This document shows, in pieces, positions 45,350-54,372 of a DNA stretch of 64,000 bases. Below the pieces are notes generated by a model. It did no database searches. It was not told where the DNA came from and saw only the letters and a list, made by a program, of their open reading frames with translations. Position numbers and translations under genes: made by a program. Positions within the stretch are counted from its first letter, which is position 1, and the number at the start of each line of letters is the position of its first letter. Origin of the DNA: Methanocella sp. (GTDB lineage Archaea; Thermoproteota; Bathyarchaeia; Bathyarchaeales; Bathycorpusculaceae); assembly GCA_050261115.1 (NCBI GenBank), contig JBLNCY010000003.1, positions 1 to 64,000 of the forward strand, written 5' to 3'.

Positions 45350-46480
45350 ATGAAAATAAGTGGTTCTTTTCCAGATTTTCCAGAGCAAACCTTGAACTCT
45401 ATCACCGACGAAGTCAGAGCGATGTTAAAAAGCGGGCGACTAACAGATGGACCGCACCTAGTAGAGTTCGAGGAAAAATTCGCCCAATACAACAACAGCA
45501 AATATGCCGTTGGGGTTAGTTCGGGTACCGCGGCGCTTGATGTTGCCCTACGAACCTTTAACCTCCAGGGCAGAGAAGTCATCGTTCCCACTAACACGTT
45601 TATCTCCACTCCCAACGCCGTAATTCATGCCGGGGGAAAGCCGGTTTTTGCTGACATGAACCCCGATACCTTGGGTTTAGATGTCGAGGATGCGAAAAGA
45701 AGGGTAACCTCCAAAACGGCGGGTGTAATCGTGGTGCATATCGCGGGTTTAGTTTGTCCACAGATTAATGAGCTAGTCGAGTTTTGCATGCAGCGGGGTC
45801 TCTTCTTGCTTGAGGATTGCGCTCACGCCCACGGCGCAATGCTGGATGGTCGGAAAGCGGGAACGTTTGGCGACGCCGGCTGCTTCTCATTCTATCCTAC
45901 TAAGGTAATGACTTCTGGTGAGGGCGGCATGGTCTTAACCGACAACGAGACGTTGGCTGAGACTGTTCGTTGTCTGCGTAGCTGCGGCCAAAACAGTGAG
46001 CGGCTGATGGTTATGCTGGGGCATAACTGGCGCATGAGCGAATTATCCGCGATCGTTGGAAAACACCACCTGAGCCATTTAGATGAGGCGATAGCTAAGC
46101 GCAACCATGTCGCAAGGTTATACGAGCAGCTCCTTGACGGTGCCTGGGGCGTTAAGCTCTTTAGTGTTCCTCTGAATGCCCGTCATAGCTACTACAAGTA
46201 TCCGCTAAAGCTAAACGAGGGCATTGACCGTTTGAAAGTTGCAGCGATAATGAATGAGAAGTTCGGGGTTGAAACTGGGCACGTTTACTATCCCCCCTGC
46301 CATTTACATCCCTACTATAGAGAAACGTTTGGAACCAAAGAAGGGGACCTATCGAACTCTGAGCGGGTACTCAAGCAGGTGTTGTGTCTGCCGATGCACA
46401 CGGCGCTTACGGATGAAAACGTACGTTACGTTTGTGAAGCTCTTGGTAAATCCATAAGCGCTGCTGTAAGCAGTAGATAG
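45350..46480 (+). CDS. DegT/DnrJ/EryC1/StrS sugar aminotransferase
   Basis: SSGTAAL, EDCAHAHGA, FSFYPTKVMTSGEGG, CLPMH. Confidence 0.93.
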   Translation: MKISGSFPDFPEQTLNSITDEVRAMLKSGRLTDGPHLVEFEEKFAQYNNSKYAVGVSSGTAALDVALRTFNLQGREVIVPTNTFISTPNAVIHAGGKPVFADMNPDTLGLDVEDAKRRVTSKTAGVIVVHIAGLVCPQINELVEFCMQRGLFLLEDCAHAHGAMLDGRKAGTFGDAGCFSFYPTKVMTSGEGGMVLTDNETLAETVRCLRSCGQNSERLMVMLGHNWRMSELSAIVGKHHLSHLDEAIAKRNHVARLYEQLLDGAWGVKLFSVPLNARHSYYKYPLKLNEGIDRLKVAAIMNEKFGVETGHVYYPPCHLHPYYRETFGTKEGDLSNSERVLKQVLCLPMHTALTDENVRYVCEALGKSISAAVSSR

Positions 46481-46492
46481 AGCGTTTTTTTT

Positions 46493-47116
46493 ATGGGCAA
46501 CCGAGTTTGCAGGGGCCTTTTTATGGGGGCAGGTGAGCGGTTTCCCATTCGTAAATCCGAGTTGGATCGGTTCCGATTCGGGAAATTGAAGTTTAAAGAA
46601 GTGCAGAGCCAAACCCGCGATCGGGCCTTTTTGTGCCTTGATATCGCTTGTGGCGCTAAACCCTTTCCTAACGCCAATGTGCTCTGCGATTTACATACCA
46701 AACCCGTTCCGGATCGAAGCATGAAGCAGCTGGTTACGGGGGGAAAGCCGTTTGTGCTCTGTAGTTGTAACGCATTGCCGTTTAAGGACCAAGCGTTTGA
46801 TTTTGTAACCAGCTACTACCTTATTGAGCATACCGATAGTCCTTGGATTTTGCTAAAGGAGCTTAAACGCGTCTCTAGACATGGTTATATCCAGAGTCCG
46901 TCGTGGTTTAATGAGTTGCTCTATGGCGAGAAGGTTCATAACTGGATTGTCTCCAAAAATGGAGGTAGACTCTTTGTTAAACCCATCAAAGCGGGTTTGC
47001 CACCTATCAGGTTCGGGTTTGTCTTCCATAGGCTCTACCGATATGACTTCTGGCGCATAGTCCATGCAATTTTAGACGAGCAATTCCATCTATTCACCGT
47101 ACAATACGATTTCTAG
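46493..47116 (+). CDS. Methyltransferase-domain protein (type 11-like); start uncertain
   Basis: LDIACGAKP, LPFKDQAFD, IEH, ELKRVS. Confidence 0.75.
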   Translation: MGNRVCRGLFMGAGERFPIRKSELDRFRFGKLKFKEVQSQTRDRAFLCLDIACGAKPFPNANVLCDLHTKPVPDRSMKQLVTGGKPFVLCSCNALPFKDQAFDFVTSYYLIEHTDSPWILLKELKRVSRHGYIQSPSWFNELLYGEKVHNWIVSKNGGRLFVKPIKAGLPPIRFGFVFHRLYRYDFWRIVHAILDEQFHLFTVQYDF

Positions 47117-47129
47117 GAAGTACCGAAAC

Positions 47130-48251
47130 ATGAGACCTTTGATACGATCCTCAAAACCCGTCTTTCCCCCAGAAGACATCCGTTTGATTCTTCAAGATAT
47201 CGCAGGTGTGCTGGAAGCGGGCCAATTCCGAAATGGCAAAAACCTAAAGCTCTTCGAAGACACGGTCGCCAGCTATACCGGTGTCGGCGGCGCAGTTGCC
47301 TTTGACTCCGATTCCAGCGCTTATGAGACTGCCCTCCGCTACTTCGATGTGGCAGGGGGAGAAGTGGTGGTTTGCACTAACAGCTTTGTTTCGGCGCCCA
47401 ACAGCGTAGTTGCGGCGGGAGGCAAGGTGGTTTTTGCTGACATAGCTGCGGATTCGCTTTCGATGGACCTTGAAAGCCTAAAACAAAACATTTCACTGAA
47501 CACTAAGGGTGTAATTGTTACACACATTGCCGGTTTTCCAAATCCCCATCTAAAAGCGATCCAGCAGATCTGCAAAGATAAACGCTTGTTCCTAATTGAG
47601 GACGCCACCCACGCGATCGGGGCCACAGTTGATGGTCAAAAAGTCGGTAGCTTTGGTGACGCAGCAATCTATGCTTTCACTCCCACCAAGGTAATCACGA
47701 CTGGCGAAGGAGGCATGCTCGTCTCCAACAACTTGGAGCTTTGTGGGTTTGCCGAGCGGTTCCGTTTCTATGGTTCTGGTACGGGTAAAACTAACTTTGT
47801 AAATCTGGGCAGACATATGCTGCTCCCAGAGCTATCCGCGTTATTGGGTATCTATCAGTTAAAACGCTTAGACGAATTCATTTCTCGACGTAACCAGATT
47901 GCAGAGCAGTATAATGCTGAGCTTGAGATTCCTGGTAGCTTCACAACCATCAAGTGTCCAGAGGGGTTCCAAAGTAGCTACTACAAGTATCCGCTGATTC
48001 TGGATAGCCGCGTCGATAAGGCTGCATTCACTAAACGCCTCTTTGAGGACTTTGGCATCGAAACGGGCAACGTCTTTTATCCACCGTGTCACATGCAGGG
48101 CGCATACAAAAAGTATGGTGTGTCATCGTATGGGGGCTTGTCGGTTGCTGAGCAGGTGTTGTCGCGGACGATTACTTTGCCCATGCATATAGGACTATCT
48201 GATGACGACGTTGCTTATGTAATCGAGAAAGTCAAAGGCCTGTCAAGCTAA
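47130..48251 (+). CDS. Second DegT-family sugar aminotransferase (paralog)
   Basis: EDATHAIGA, FTPTKVITTGEGG, TLPMH; shares YYKYPL and GxETGxVxYPPCH with the 45350 gene. Confidence 0.92.
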   Translation: MRPLIRSSKPVFPPEDIRLILQDIAGVLEAGQFRNGKNLKLFEDTVASYTGVGGAVAFDSDSSAYETALRYFDVAGGEVVVCTNSFVSAPNSVVAAGGKVVFADIAADSLSMDLESLKQNISLNTKGVIVTHIAGFPNPHLKAIQQICKDKRLFLIEDATHAIGATVDGQKVGSFGDAAIYAFTPTKVITTGEGGMLVSNNLELCGFAERFRFYGSGTGKTNFVNLGRHMLLPELSALLGIYQLKRLDEFISRRNQIAEQYNAELEIPGSFTTIKCPEGFQSSYYKYPLILDSRVDKAAFTKRLFEDFGIETGNVFYPPCHMQGAYKKYGVSSYGGLSVAEQVLSRTITLPMHIGLSDDDVAYVIEKVKGLSS

Positions 48252-48382
48252 CGGTTAGAACTTTTCTGGTTTTTTCTAGACAAATTTTAGTTTTTTTAGG
48301 ATGATATATCCTTAGGGCTTTAAGAGTCTGTTCTCTTGCAATAACTCTTGAGCCGCCTTTAGTTTTTCGAGGACATCTTTTT

Positions 48383-49078
48383 ATGATCGAACAAATAAAC
48401 TCCAACATATCAGTCGTAATTGCAACTCTCAACGAAGAAGAAGGGATAGGTCCTACAATCGACGAGATGCAGAGGGTTCTTAAGAATCCTTACTTGGTCG
48501 TTGTGGACGGTAACAGTGTTGACCGAACCATCGAAATCGCCAAAAACATGGGCGCCGATGTCATGCTCCAGACGGGCAAAGGTAAAGGCGACGCAATGTT
48601 TCAAGGCTTCCGTGACATTGTCTCCAAAGTACCCTATGTTGTTTTCACAGATGCGGACTATACGTATCCGGCCCACTACGTTCCCCAAATGGTGGAGATT
48701 TTAGAGCAGAACCCCGACGTGGGCATGGTTATTGGCAATCGCTTTAGAGGCCAAATTAACGATTCCAAGTCAATCACTAATCCCTTCTATGTCGGTAACC
48801 GCCTCTTGGCGTTTGCGCAGTTGGTTATGAATGGCGTAAAACTGGAGGATCCCCTGTCAGGTTTGCGGGTTGTCCGAAGTGAAGCTATTGATGGTTGGAG
48901 ACCAAAAAGCAAAGGATTCGATGTAGAGGCAGAAATGAATGCGCTTATTGAGCGTAAGGGTTTTCGCATTGTCGAAATCCCCATTGATTACCGTAATCGA
49001 ATGGGCGAGAAGAAGCTTAAACTGAGACATGGTTTAGGGATCATGCGGCGGATCCTCGCTGAAGGTTTGACCATTTAA
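48383..49078 (+). CDS. GT2 glycosyltransferase (DPM-like)
   Basis: TLNEE, VDGNSVD, GKG, FTDADYTY, DPLSG, FDVEAE. Confidence 0.92.
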   Translation: MIEQINSNISVVIATLNEEEGIGPTIDEMQRVLKNPYLVVVDGNSVDRTIEIAKNMGADVMLQTGKGKGDAMFQGFRDIVSKVPYVVFTDADYTYPAHYVPQMVEILEQNPDVGMVIGNRFRGQINDSKSITNPFYVGNRLLAFAQLVMNGVKLEDPLSGLRVVRSEAIDGWRPKSKGFDVEAEMNALIERKGFRIVEIPIDYRNRMGEKKLKLRHGLGIMRRILAEGLTI

Positions 49079-49139
49079 TCGTCCCTCTTTTTACCGATTT
49101 TTTCCCATCGTATCTGGCTTTTTGGAGTAAATAGATTAC

Positions 49140-50132
49140 ATGACAATTGAACCCCCACTGAGATTAGGTATTGTTGGCTTAGGCAAAATGGGCATAATGC
49201 ATGCCTGTTTACTGAATACTTTTCCCAATGTGGTGTTAGCGGGATTATGTGACAAAAGCCGCTTAATGCGAAACATAGCAAAACAACCCTTCAAAAACGC
49301 AGTAGTAACCGATGACCTAGAAAAATTTTCTAGTCTGGCTCTTGACGCCGTTTTTGTTTTGACTCCGATTCCAAGTCATTATCCAATCATTAAACAAATC
49401 TATGAAAAGAAAATAGCAAAAAACGTGTTTGTAGAAAAAACGCTGTCTTCAAGTTACAGCCAATCCAAAGAACTACAAGCCTCCTCTGAGCGGCTTAAGA
49501 GCGTAAGCATGGTTGGCTACATGAAACGCTTTGCGGTCACTTTTAACCTGGCAAAAAGCCTTCTTGAGCAGCAAGTATTGGGGGATCTGAGTTCTTTCTA
49601 TACATATGCTTTTTCCTCTGACTTCACGTCCATTCAAGAGGGTTCAACGTTGCCATCGGCGCGTGGAGGCGTGCTGGAGGATCTGGGATCGCACGTTATG
49701 GATTTAGCTTTATGGTTCTTTGGTAACTTGAGGCCTACAAATGTAACTATTAATTCCGGTGTTGGCTCGGAGGATGATTTAACTTTCTCGGTTAAGGGGA
49801 AAGATGGTTTAGAGGGCAAGTTTGATGTTTCCTGGCGAAAACCAGAATATCGAATGCCCGAATTCGGTTTTAAAATCCATGGATCTAGAGGAAAGTTAAG
49901 TGTTAATGACGATGAAGTTTGTCTTGAACTCGATGGTGCCTCGACAAAGCGCTGGTACCGCCCAGACATGGATGATAACGTCGGTTTTCTGCTTGGCGCC
50001 CCCGAGTATTACCGGGAAGACCAGCATTATCTAGATGCCCTGACGGCGAATGTGCCTTTGAAGGTTGATTTTAAGGAGGCACTCAAGGTTGACTTATTAA
50101 TTGATCAGGTGAGACAACTTTGGAAAAACTAA
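49140..50132 (+). CDS. Gfo/Idh/MocA oxidoreductase
   Basis: GIVGLGKMG, VFVEK, VGYMKRF, GGVLEDLGSHVMD. Confidence 0.92.
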   Translation: MTIEPPLRLGIVGLGKMGIMHACLLNTFPNVVLAGLCDKSRLMRNIAKQPFKNAVVTDDLEKFSSLALDAVFVLTPIPSHYPIIKQIYEKKIAKNVFVEKTLSSSYSQSKELQASSERLKSVSMVGYMKRFAVTFNLAKSLLEQQVLGDLSSFYTYAFSSDFTSIQEGSTLPSARGGVLEDLGSHVMDLALWFFGNLRPTNVTINSGVGSEDDLTFSVKGKDGLEGKFDVSWRKPEYRMPEFGFKIHGSRGKLSVNDDEVCLELDGASTKRWYRPDMDDNVGFLLGAPEYYREDQHYLDALTANVPLKVDFKEALKVDLLIDQVRQLWKN

Positions 50133-51037
50133 ACCTCCTAGTCGGCGACAACCCCTTCCACGGGATTAGTCATCTTTCACAGGAGCGGGCACGCGCCAGA
50201 CATATAGAACACGCTGAAAACACCAGTAGCTATGCCGCGAATTTAGTGCAGCTTTCTTTAGAGAATGGCGCCGATGGCTTTCTTTGTTCTGTTGATGAAA
50301 TTACACTATCAGTAATTGAGAAACTCAGCCATAGCTTCACTGGAAACGTTCAGCTCTACGTTATTGCACCCTACGCTTACGAGTATGTACGTAAATCCAC
50401 ACAGACAGGTGGCGTTGGGGGGTTAGCGGCAAGCGTTGCGAAGTCGATGATTTTTTCTAAAAACATAAGAGTGATTGCTGCAAACCTTGGTGGTCTTGCA
50501 CGGTTTGAGTTGGCGGCGTTGCTTGAGGCTTATGTGGCCTATGAGTTGTCTCGCATCAAGGCGGTTTCAGGCAAAAACATCCGGCTGGTCTCGTTTATGC
50601 TACATGAAATAGTCACTGACATGGTGTTAGCGCTAAACATGGAGAACCTATGTAAGTCCTACATTAAGTTTTTAGAGAAGAATAATGTTAGGCCTGGGTT
50701 TGAAACACGTAACTTTCCCTATTTGGTAAGTAAATTCAGCCAATGGGGGATTGACTTCGGCAAAATAACCGTAACCACCTCATTTAACAAGGTTGGTTTC
50801 CAAATGTGCCCTTCCCAAATAGATTGCGAAGCTGCACTAGAGAAAGCCAAAGACGCAGAAGTTATTGCTATGAGTGTACTTGCGGCTGGCTATCTAAAAC
50901 CTGCTGACGCGTTTGGGTACATTTCAGGTCTTGACGGGCTTAGTGGCCTTGTTATCGGGGTTTCAAAGGAGCACCAAGCTAAAGAAACCTTTAGGCTTTT
51001 TGCGGAAAACCCCTCTACAGCGCCTGTTTATGCTTAA
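50120..51037 (+). CDS. Hypothetical protein, aldo/keto-reductase-like TIM barrel
   Basis: LLVGDNPFHGISH, FNKVGFQM, IAMSVLAAG, VIGVS pattern. Confidence 0.6.
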   Translation: MEKLNLLVGDNPFHGISHLSQERARARHIEHAENTSSYAANLVQLSLENGADGFLCSVDEITLSVIEKLSHSFTGNVQLYVIAPYAYEYVRKSTQTGGVGGLAASVAKSMIFSKNIRVIAANLGGLARFELAALLEAYVAYELSRIKAVSGKNIRLVSFMLHEIVTDMVLALNMENLCKSYIKFLEKNNVRPGFETRNFPYLVSKFSQWGIDFGKITVTTSFNKVGFQMCPSQIDCEAALEKAKDAEVIAMSVLAAGYLKPADAFGYISGLDGLSGLVIGVSKEHQAKETFRLFAENPSTAPVYA

Positions 51038-52226
51038 CTTTGCGTTAGGAGGCCTTCTGATTTTTCTTATAGCAGCTTGGCTTTTAGTAGGCGCCATATT
51101 TTTCGGTTTACCTCTTTTCTATTTCGCTTATATGAAGAAGCGTTCGTATGGTCGCTGGAATCTTAGACTCGACGGTAGTTATTTGCCGTCTGCCACCGTG
51201 CTTATTCCGGTGCATAACGAAGAAAAGCTGGTTCGACTCAAGCTTGAAAACATCGCCAAAGTCGACTACCCCGCGGACAAGTTGGAAGTCGTGGTTGTTA
51301 ACGACTGCTCAGTCGACAGCACTATAAACGAAGTAAACCAATACATCGCAGCCCATCCGGAGCAGAAGATACATGTTTTTGATAGCCAAGTGCATCTGGG
51401 TAAAGTTGGCTGCTTAAACCGTGCGCTTGAAAACGTGCGGTCGGATGTGGTGATTATTTCGGATGTTGATTGCTTTTGGCCAAGCGACATACTCACTAAG
51501 TCACTCACCTACCTTTCGGATCCCACTGTGGGCGCTGTAACTGCGCGTGAGTTGCTTTTGAATTCAGGTGACAGTTGGGTTACGATTGGCGAGCAATTCT
51601 ATGATACCAACATCCAAGCGGTCCGAATCGGCGAATCAAAGCTCCACTCAACCATTATCTTTCAGGGTGGCTTTGCAGCCTACAAACGGAATGCATTCAT
51701 GGAGTTTAATCATGCCACTGACGACTCTGGAACAGCTCTCGACATCGTGCAAACCAACCTGCGAACCTTGCTGATTCCTGAAATAGGGTTTTTCACAGTC
51801 ACCCCAACCACTTGGCGAAGCAAAATCAACATAAAAATCCGCCGAGCAGGCCACTTGCAGCACCTCTGGGCACGATCCCTAAATCTATTAGTTCATCGCA
51901 GGTTGATTATGCCCAAACGGATCGCAATACCAGAAATTATTCTACACATCTTTAATCCGCTTTTGATGATTCTGTTGGTTGCTTTGACCATGGCGGTGGC
52001 GGTTGCTTATCCGCTTCTGGGGCTGCTACTGCTGGTTATGTTTGGAGGCGTGTTGGCTGTGCGGCGGACAAGGGTTATGGCTTTTGAGTTGGTGCAGAAT
52101 AACTTGATTCTGTTGTTGGCGTTGTCTTCTTTTGTAACTAAACGGAACTTCACGTTCTGGAAACCTGTGGCGGATTCCCGTTCAGCGCTTGACGACGCTG
52201 TCTTGCGAAAATTGAATTTAATATAA
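51030..52226 (+). CDS. GT2 glycosyltransferase with TM helices (processive-type)
   Basis: IPVHNEE, NDCSVD, GK...LN, SDVD, TDD; N- and C-terminal TMs. Confidence 0.88.
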   Translation: MLNFALGGLLIFLIAAWLLVGAIFFGLPLFYFAYMKKRSYGRWNLRLDGSYLPSATVLIPVHNEEKLVRLKLENIAKVDYPADKLEVVVVNDCSVDSTINEVNQYIAAHPEQKIHVFDSQVHLGKVGCLNRALENVRSDVVIISDVDCFWPSDILTKSLTYLSDPTVGAVTARELLLNSGDSWVTIGEQFYDTNIQAVRIGESKLHSTIIFQGGFAAYKRNAFMEFNHATDDSGTALDIVQTNLRTLLIPEIGFFTVTPTTWRSKINIKIRRAGHLQHLWARSLNLLVHRRLIMPKRIAIPEIILHIFNPLLMILLVALTMAVAVAYPLLGLLLLVMFGGVLAVRRTRVMAFELVQNNLILLLALSSFVTKRNFTFWKPVADSRSALDDAVLRKLNLI

Positions 52227-52381
52227 CACCCTCGCTCGCTAAAAACTCCCCAAGATGATGCATAGATAAGCCCAATTCCCGCAGTAATTCCATTCAATGC
52301 AGTTGCACACCCAACCATTAACTCCCCTTCCAACTGCCTCTAGCAATCGCCAAAGAAAACCAACAATCCCCTGAATGCCTC

Positions 52382-52444
52382 CTGTTGCCCTCTGCGGTTG
52401 CTGAGTCTATACATAAGGGAGGGAGTCCCTCGGCAGAGCAACAG
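52382..52444 (-). repeat. Dispersed intergenic TATA-core/inverted-repeat element, copy 4 (best preserved)
   Basis: Minus strand: CTGTTGCTCTGCCGAGGGACTCCCTCCCTTATGTATAGACTCAGCAACCGCAGAGGGCAACAG; ends CTGTTGCTCTGC and GCAGAGGGCAACAG pair with a 2-nt bulge. Confidence 0.85.
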
Positions 52445-52488
52445 AGGATATTGAAAGCCATCATTATTTCTAGTTGAGTTGAGCGTTC

Positions 52489-53403
52489 TTGGCTACCCAC
52501 CAACCCACAGTCACAGTAGGTTTATGCGTAAAAAACAGCGCCCAATCTATAAAAACAGCAATCAGATCCCTTTGCAACCAAACCTATCCCGCACAGAAAA
52601 TCGAGCTGCTGACAGTCGACGGTAACAGCCAAGACGGCACCCTCCAATTAATCCAGCAAAACCTTACCGCACCGTTTGGAAGCGTACGCTTTCTAACCGA
52701 GAACAGCGGGCTAGGCATCGCGCGCCAGATGGTCGTTGAGCAAGCAAGCGGCAAATACATCGTCTGGCTAGACGCCGACATGATACTCGACGCACGCTAC
52801 ATCGAAAACCAAGTAGCATACATGGAAAAGCACCCAACCGTCGGGATCGCCGCAGGCAAATATAACATACACATAGGCCACGGTTTAGCAGCTGACCTTG
52901 AAAACATCGTCTATGCCGTGGACTCAGTGTATGGACAACGGGGCAATGCCTCGAAGTTCGGCTATCTCCCCGGAGCGGAGGGTGCAATCTATCGGGTTCA
53001 GGCAGTAAGAGGCGTTGGCGGGTTTGACACTAACATCAACGGCGCCGCCGAGGACACCGAAATGGCCTACCGAGTCCGAGCAAACGGCTGGGAACTAGCA
53101 ATTACCGGGGAATCCTTCACGGAGTCCACTCGCGCCAACTGGCAGTCCCTATGGCGACAATACGTCTGGTATGGCAAAGGCGGCCACTACATTCACCATA
53201 AAGACCCCCGCTCCATCAGCATCGTCAAAATGTCCCCCATCGGAGGCTTCCTAGCGGGTATTATGCGATCACCCGGTGCATATCTGTTGACGCATAAGAA
53301 GACCTTCTTTCTTTTACCATTTCACTATACCTATAAGCGTATAGCTTGGTTCGTCGGGTTCTGTAGTGCGCACCTCAATGGGTATGGCCATAACATAAAC
53401 TGA
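52489..53403 (+). CDS. GT2 glycosyltransferase
   Basis: VDGNSQDGT, GLGIARQ, WLDAD, GGFD, AED. Confidence 0.9.
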   Translation: MATHQPTVTVGLCVKNSAQSIKTAIRSLCNQTYPAQKIELLTVDGNSQDGTLQLIQQNLTAPFGSVRFLTENSGLGIARQMVVEQASGKYIVWLDADMILDARYIENQVAYMEKHPTVGIAAGKYNIHIGHGLAADLENIVYAVDSVYGQRGNASKFGYLPGAEGAIYRVQAVRGVGGFDTNINGAAEDTEMAYRVRANGWELAITGESFTESTRANWQSLWRQYVWYGKGGHYIHHKDPRSISIVKMSPIGGFLAGIMRSPGAYLLTHKKTFFLLPFHYTYKRIAWFVGFCSAHLNGYGHNIN

Positions 53404-53436
53404 TGCCGTCGGGTCTTAGCAAGAGTGGTTATGTAT

Positions 53437-54342
53437 ATGACTGCGATGGTTACAGTCGGCATCTGTGTGCGAAACGGCGAAAAAACACTTCCCGCAGCCA
53501 TAAACAGCATCCTAAAACAGAACTATCCCCAAGACCGCATCCAAATCATCATCGTCGACGACGGAAGCACCGACAGCACCCCACAAATCATCGAAACATA
53601 CACAAAAAAACATGGCAGCCAAATAAAACCATACAAATCCAGCTGGAGAGGGCTTGGTGCAGCCCGAAACCTAATCGTTAACCAAGCAGAAGGAAAATAC
53701 CTGCTCTTTGTTGACGCAGACGAAATCTTAACCTCCGAATACATAAAACTCCAAGTCCAAACCTTGGAAAACAACCCGCGGGTTGGAATCACCGCGGGAG
53801 TATTCAAAACGGTAGCCAACAACTTGATTCTAAACCTTGAAGTCGCCCCCCATATCGTCAACCAGAAAAGCTATGGAAAACCCAAAAGCTTCATATGGAA
53901 AACTGAAAAACTCGTCGGCACCGGCGGAACAACCTTCCGCTTAGAAGCCATACGACAAGTCAAGGGGTTTGATGAGCGCATTAGAGGCGCCGGCGAAGAC
54001 ACCGACCTAATTTTGAGAATCAAAAAAGCAGGCTGGCTGCTTCAACCCAACGGGGCAGAACTCTACGAGTTGCACGGGGGCTTATCAACACCTCATGCAC
54101 TTTGGAGAAAGTATTACTGGTATGGCTTTGGTTGTCAGAGAAGCTTCAAAAAGACTCATGGCGCTTTTTCTGTACCGCGTATGACGCCGCTGGCGGGGTT
54201 AGTAACGGGGTTGCTTTATTCTTTTCCAGCATACAAGTTCCTGCGCCAAAAAGCAATGTTTCTTCTGCCGCTTCATTATGGCTTAAAACTTACCGCATGG
54301 ACCTGCGGATTTATGAAAGGGCAATTAACAAAAATAGACTAG
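53437..54342 (+). CDS. GT2 glycosyltransferase (tandem paralog of the upstream gene)
   Basis: VDDGSTDST, GLGAARN, FVDAD, GFDE, GED; same 'LW..Y.WYG.G' and 'FLLP.HY..K..AW..GF' tail. Confidence 0.9.
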   Translation: MTAMVTVGICVRNGEKTLPAAINSILKQNYPQDRIQIIIVDDGSTDSTPQIIETYTKKHGSQIKPYKSSWRGLGAARNLIVNQAEGKYLLFVDADEILTSEYIKLQVQTLENNPRVGITAGVFKTVANNLILNLEVAPHIVNQKSYGKPKSFIWKTEKLVGTGGTTFRLEAIRQVKGFDERIRGAGEDTDLILRIKKAGWLLQPNGAELYELHGGLSTPHALWRKYYWYGFGCQRSFKKTHGAFSVPRMTPLAGLVTGLLYSFPAYKFLRQKAMFLLPLHYGLKLTAWTCGFMKGQLTKID

Positions 54343-54372
54343 AAACAAAAAAGGAAAGGTTTGGTTGGTTTT

